Shown here: one piece after another, positions 61,433 through 64,000 of the stretch | Position numbering within the stretch: the stretch's first letter is position 1 | Layout of the letters: each line of letters begins with the position of its first letter | Source of the DNA: Octopus bimaculoides | Taxonomy: Eukaryota | Assembly: GCF_001194135.2 (NCBI RefSeq) | Contig: NC_068989.1 | Location: 44,227,373 to 44,291,372, forward strand | DNA length: 64,000 nt | Direction: 5' to 3' | Made by a program: the position numbers and the translations under genes | Notes under the pieces: generated by a model | What the model was told of the DNA's origin: nothing | Seen by the model: the letters and a program-made list of their open reading frames with translations, nothing else | The model's database searches: none

Positions 61433-64000
61433 GAACAGTATGATTCCAGTGCCATATAAAAAGCACCTGTGCCAGCACCACATAAAAAGTACCCTGTACA
61501 CTCTATAAAGTGCTTGGTGTTAGGAAGGGCATCCAGCCATAGAAACCATGCCAAAACAGATGACTGGAGTCTGGTGCAGTCCTCTGGCTTACCAGCTTCT
61601 GTCAAACTGCCCAACCCATGCCAGCATGGAAAAAGAGATGTTAAGTGATGATGGTGATGATGATGATGATGATGTGGATATAAAATACCAGATTTTGTTG
61701 TCTATTCTTTTCCATATTAACTGCTGAGCCTTAACAAAAGACCTTGGACAAAAAGTACTTTTCTAAGTTTACAAGCTGTTCCCAAGAGGGAAGATGTTTG
61801 GAGCCCTTACATATCTATTTTGATGTCCAACTGTTCCAGGCAGTCTAACCATTTTTCACAAATGGAACCTAAAGCTCTAATGGTAAATGGTATTACTAGC
61901 ATGTTTTGCTGCTGGGCATCTCCACATTTTTAATACCTCTATTTTTAAATCAGCATTTTCCAAGACCTTTTCTACATTCTTATGTCCCAGTTTGTGAGCA
62001 TTCTTCCACAAACACTTTTACCTTCTTCATTCTTAGCTCTGAAATAACATTCCATCAAAACCGTATAATCCTCCTAAATCCATCTCTGCTCACCATAAGT
62101 CTTTCCTCAAGTAATTGTTTAATGACGACCAAGTACCGCTTGTTCCAGCACAGCACACCAACTGAACATGACAGTTTCACTTGAGGTCTCACTCTTGTTT
62201 ACATCATTAATTTTAACTGATGTATTGTTAAATTTCATTTATCTGTGATAATTAGTGGTGATAAGTGATGCAGCCACTAGTGTTTTTATTGATATTAACC
62301 CTTTAAATTATTCTATCAAATTCTTGGAGTGGTTGGCGTTAGGAAGGCATCCAGCTATAGAAACTCTGCCAAATCAGATTGGAGTCTGGTGTAGCCACCT
62401 GGTCCACCAGTCCTCAGTCAAATCATCCAACCCATGCTAGCATCGAAAGCGGATGTTAAACGATGATGATGATGATGATGATGTAATTCTTGTGTATTCA
62501 CATTGTTTTGAATTAATCATGCATCATCTCATAGCTTTGAGATTTTTATGAGGTAACAGCAGATTTTTAGAATGATACTGTAGGGTTGGTGAGGGGCCAA
62601 CTGTGGCCAGTTTGAACATAAAATAAGTAGAATACTTTGGCTGTACATGGCTGGTTTAAATGTTAAAGGGTTAATAAGATTTAAAAAATTTTTTGTCTTT
62701 TGTTTTTTGAGAACTACCTACGGCATGGTTCTCAATGAGTGTAGTCAGGTGGTATAAATTATGTCCTGTATTCCAAGTTGAAATCCCACTAGAATTACTT
62801 AATAAGGTAGATTAAATCAACTTAATCCATTCTCAACAATTTTTGGTTTTGTTCTAATGTAATATTGTACAGTAGTAGAGATAGTACATTGTTTGTTCAA
62901 AGAAGCAGAAACTGTTATAATAATGGTAAAGAGGATGTATGAGATAAAGTAGTATGTCTGTGAGCTTGTAGTGGTAGCAGGTTGATGACTGAATCTTTGA
63001 AAATTAGCTAAGTAGCCTGTGACCTTCTTAGTACCAGTGTCATGAAAAAATGTCCAGCCAGTACACTTAAACTATTTAGAGGGCCATCATATGATGAAGG
63101 TAAAAAAATTTTCTGGAACTGAAGCCATCTTCAGGATGCAGCTTGACAATTATAGTTCCATGCAACCATCTTGTCTAAATTAGTGTCATACCACAGAGTG
63201 ATATATCAGCAAATTTCTATGAAAACATCCAAACTGACAGACCAAGGAACTAAGAACTAGGCCAAAGTGCTCTAACAGTAGAAAGAATGTTAACATATAT
63301 GCTCAAATACCTGAGATATTGAACAGAGTTGAGATTATGGTCAAGAACTCAGGTTGTGATCAAAACTTAAGGTTGTGACATAAGAGCTGAAGCTAAAGCC
63401 AAAAGTATAGGTTATAAACCAAGAGTTGAGTATGTGACCAAGTCATGAGATTATGACCAATAGTTGAGGTTATGATCAAGAACAGAGATTATGATCAAGA
63501 GTTGAGCATATGACCAATAATTGAGGTTATGATCAAAATTTGAGACTACGATCAAGAGTTGAGGTTATGATCAAGAGTTGAGGTAATAATCAGGAGTTGA
63601 GGCAGTAATCAAGAGTTGAAATAAAAAGCAAGAGTTGAAGTTGTGATCAAGAGTTAAAATTATGATTAAGAGTTGACGTTGAAATCAAGAATTGAGGTTA
63701 TGACCAAGAGTTGAGGTTGGCCAAGTGTTGAGGCTGTGGCCATAACATTCAAAGTAATGGTCTTGAGACTTGGCTTAGGTCAATGACCACAAGAATGCTG
63801 AGACAAAATGAAAAAGTATTTCTTAAAGTCATTCCTATGTGAAGAATTCAGTAAATCAACTCACATTAGAAATAACTTTGTCATCATCACAAAGATCCGT
63901 GAATAGTTTTAAGATAGGCATTTGCATCAGAACTTCTGGGCTTTTGCAATCACCAGCAACATGATGCATCATGGTAAAAATGCTGTCATTCACACAGGGA
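47689..64000 (-). CDS. tim: Circadian timeless (Drosophila-type TIM1), 3' half; join of 64000-63865 (open at window edge), 60925-60816, 59936-59819, 58105-57922, 57216-57160, 53579-53379, 51552-51343, 49801-49699, 47746-47689
   Basis: All introns are GT-AG with consistent phases (0,2,0,1,1,1,1,2) and the joined frame is open. Diagnostic TIM1-like blocks: VNDSIFTMMHHVAGD..QMPILK..SDVMEYVMHKFM; LLWLQTVLLETYFVK; EPIPLYYSLQNRPVPLIPY..FQTLLKYLGF..GRIFPHIPAFWT..IGPL. These match insect TIM1 rather than TIMEOUT/TIM2. Confidence 0.92.
48765..49265 (+). mobile_element. tRNA-headed SINE family (TGTGTTCTTGAGCAAGACAC.. type; near full-length copy in a tim intron)
   Basis: Head GGCTCAGTGGTTAG..GAGTTCGATTACC, body GTACCTGTATTTCAAAGGG..GGGTACATGTGTCTGTGGAGTGCTCAGC. 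Other copies at ~8395, 9425(-), 10497(-), 20410(-), 31545(-), 53960 and 57335. Confidence 0.8.
49699..49801 (-). CDS. tim: timeless penultimate exon
   Basis: Acceptor tttctttgtag|AC; (D)KSNLDDMLGFNMSKAFSRYPEHIETTVSSNKTF; donor GA|GTAAGT; 103 nt, phase 1 to 2. Confidence 0.72.
51343..51552 (-). CDS. tim: timeless exon (C-terminal tail)
   Basis: Acceptor ccttttgacag|CT; AIDSRTQEALLENQPNYYQEMQLKRIYTLH..KWIHRLLSY..SFKCE; donor G|GTAAGG; 210 nt, phase 1 to 1. Confidence 0.82.
52205..53068 (+). mobile_element. Internally deleted mariner element with both TIRs, in a tim intron
   Basis: TA-flanked TIRs CGAGGTTAGATCAATAAGTATCCAGACTGTTGCC / GGCAACAGTCCGGATACTTATTGATCAGACCACA. The interior encodes EAYAKLQKVYGEECM..RSGRP..GMRHVSAKFAPKL; the catalytic domain is deleted. 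Confidence 0.9.
53379..53579 (-). CDS. tim: timeless exon (conserved C-terminal domain)
   Basis: Acceptor cttttttag|TC; (L)QNRPVPLIPYNGRQEAALEDCHFQTLLKYLGFYNGSDSGRIFPHIPAFWTIDQLMSKAEEIGPLNN; donor G|GTAATT; 201 nt. Confidence 0.93.
56430..56890 (-). mobile_element. Degenerate RTE-clade LINE 3' end, in a tim intron
   Basis: AMLHGSETSAVTAKDM..SMLCWMYNVS..LREELVVRGIRCGVQE on the - strand, continuous with the UTR/(GAT)n tail down to ~55925. Confidence 0.75.
57160..57216 (-). CDS. tim: timeless exon (57 nt)
   Basis: Acceptor gttttatag|TT; (V)GTSNDKYQMEEPIPLYYS; donor C|GTAAGT; phase 1 to 1. Confidence 0.9.
57822..57890. repeat. Perfect 3 x 23-nt tandem repeat
   Basis: TCTCAGCAAGAACATCTCACACC three times (57822-57844, 57845-57867, 57868-57890). 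Confidence 0.95.
57922..58105 (-). CDS. tim: timeless exon
   Basis: Acceptor ttcttttag|GAT; DDFTDC..VPFCIEKLHEKKMSYQLLWLQTVLLETYFVKY; donor G|GTTAGT; 184 nt, phase 0 to 1. Confidence 0.92.
58850..59131. mobile_element. hAT-type MITE with perfect 16-bp TIR and 8-bp TSD, in a tim intron
   Basis: CAGGGGTTTTCAAACT ... AGTTTGAAAACCCCTG, flanked on both sides by ATCTAAAA (58842-58849 and 59132-59139). Confidence 0.93.
59819..59936 (-). CDS. tim: timeless exon (poorly conserved linker)
   Basis: Acceptor tttttctag|C; IDLDNSLMNDYKSDVSMCSNTDFSPLTHGAACPNAIHLN; donor AAT|GTAAGT; 118 nt, phase 2 to 0, which exactly bridges its neighbours. Confidence 0.8.
60816..60925 (-). CDS. tim: timeless exon
   Basis: Acceptor ttttgcag|GAA; EASDVMEYVMHKFMVTAAEDPSLCAKYLFSMEANNI; donor AA|GTAAGT; 110 nt, phase 0 to 2. 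Confidence 0.9.
63340..63730. repeat. Degenerate ~19-nt minisatellite (consensus ATGATCAAGAGTTGAGGTT), about 20 units, in a tim intron
   Basis: Repeated GATCAAGAGTTGAGGTTAT / GACCAAGAGTTGAGGTTG variants. Confidence 0.85.
63865..64000 (-). CDS. tim: timeless exon (partial, runs off the window)
   Basis: PCVNDSIFTMMHHVAGDCKSPEVLMQMPILKLFTDLCDDDKVISN; donor AAT|GTGAGT. Confidence 0.93.

Noticed and set aside
61811-61868. Exon-like segment (SICEKWLDCLEQLDIKID) in a tim intron
   Set aside because: Its phases (1 to 2) are incompatible with the 0/0 junction, and the flanking exons already join into a contiguous conserved TIM sequence.
1-64000. CRISPR arrays, rRNA or genuine tRNA genes
   Set aside because: There are no repeat-spacer arrays. 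The tRNA-like A/B-box sequences are SINE heads followed by family-specific bodies and do not form full cloverleaves.

Overview
AT-rich, microsatellite- and SINE-dense animal DNA with about 15 assembly gaps. The repeat content looks like an octopus (coleoid cephalopod) genome; this is recognition, not a database result. Two spliced protein-coding genes can be reconstructed by hand, and neither is obvious from the ORF track. (1) On the + strand, a complete 4-exon metazoan beta-class carbonic anhydrase (12517-24075, 252 aa). Its Zn ligands are intact (C-x-D-x-R and H-x-x-C), but the first motif reads CIDNR rather than the usual CMDSR/CSDSR. (2) On the - strand, the 3' half of a Drosophila-type circadian timeless (TIM1) gene: 9 phase-consistent exons from 64000 down to the stop at 47689, convergent with the beta-CA. 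The rest is mostly transposon-derived: Tc1/mariner relics and MITEs, a hAT MITE with perfect TIR and TSD, RTE-type LINE fragments, four SINE-like families, and tandem ORF1/gag-like zinc-knuckle relics. Unusual structures are: a palindrome with head-to-head telomeric (TTAGGG)/(CCCTAA) repeats; a foldback element made from an inverted duplication of a transposase 3' end; and two families of inverted-repeat relics carrying minimal type-I hammerhead-ribozyme motifs (Penelope/retrozyme-like). I found no clear evidence for a wholly new multi-gene system. The hammerhead-bearing inverted repeats and the telomeric palindrome are the best leads.
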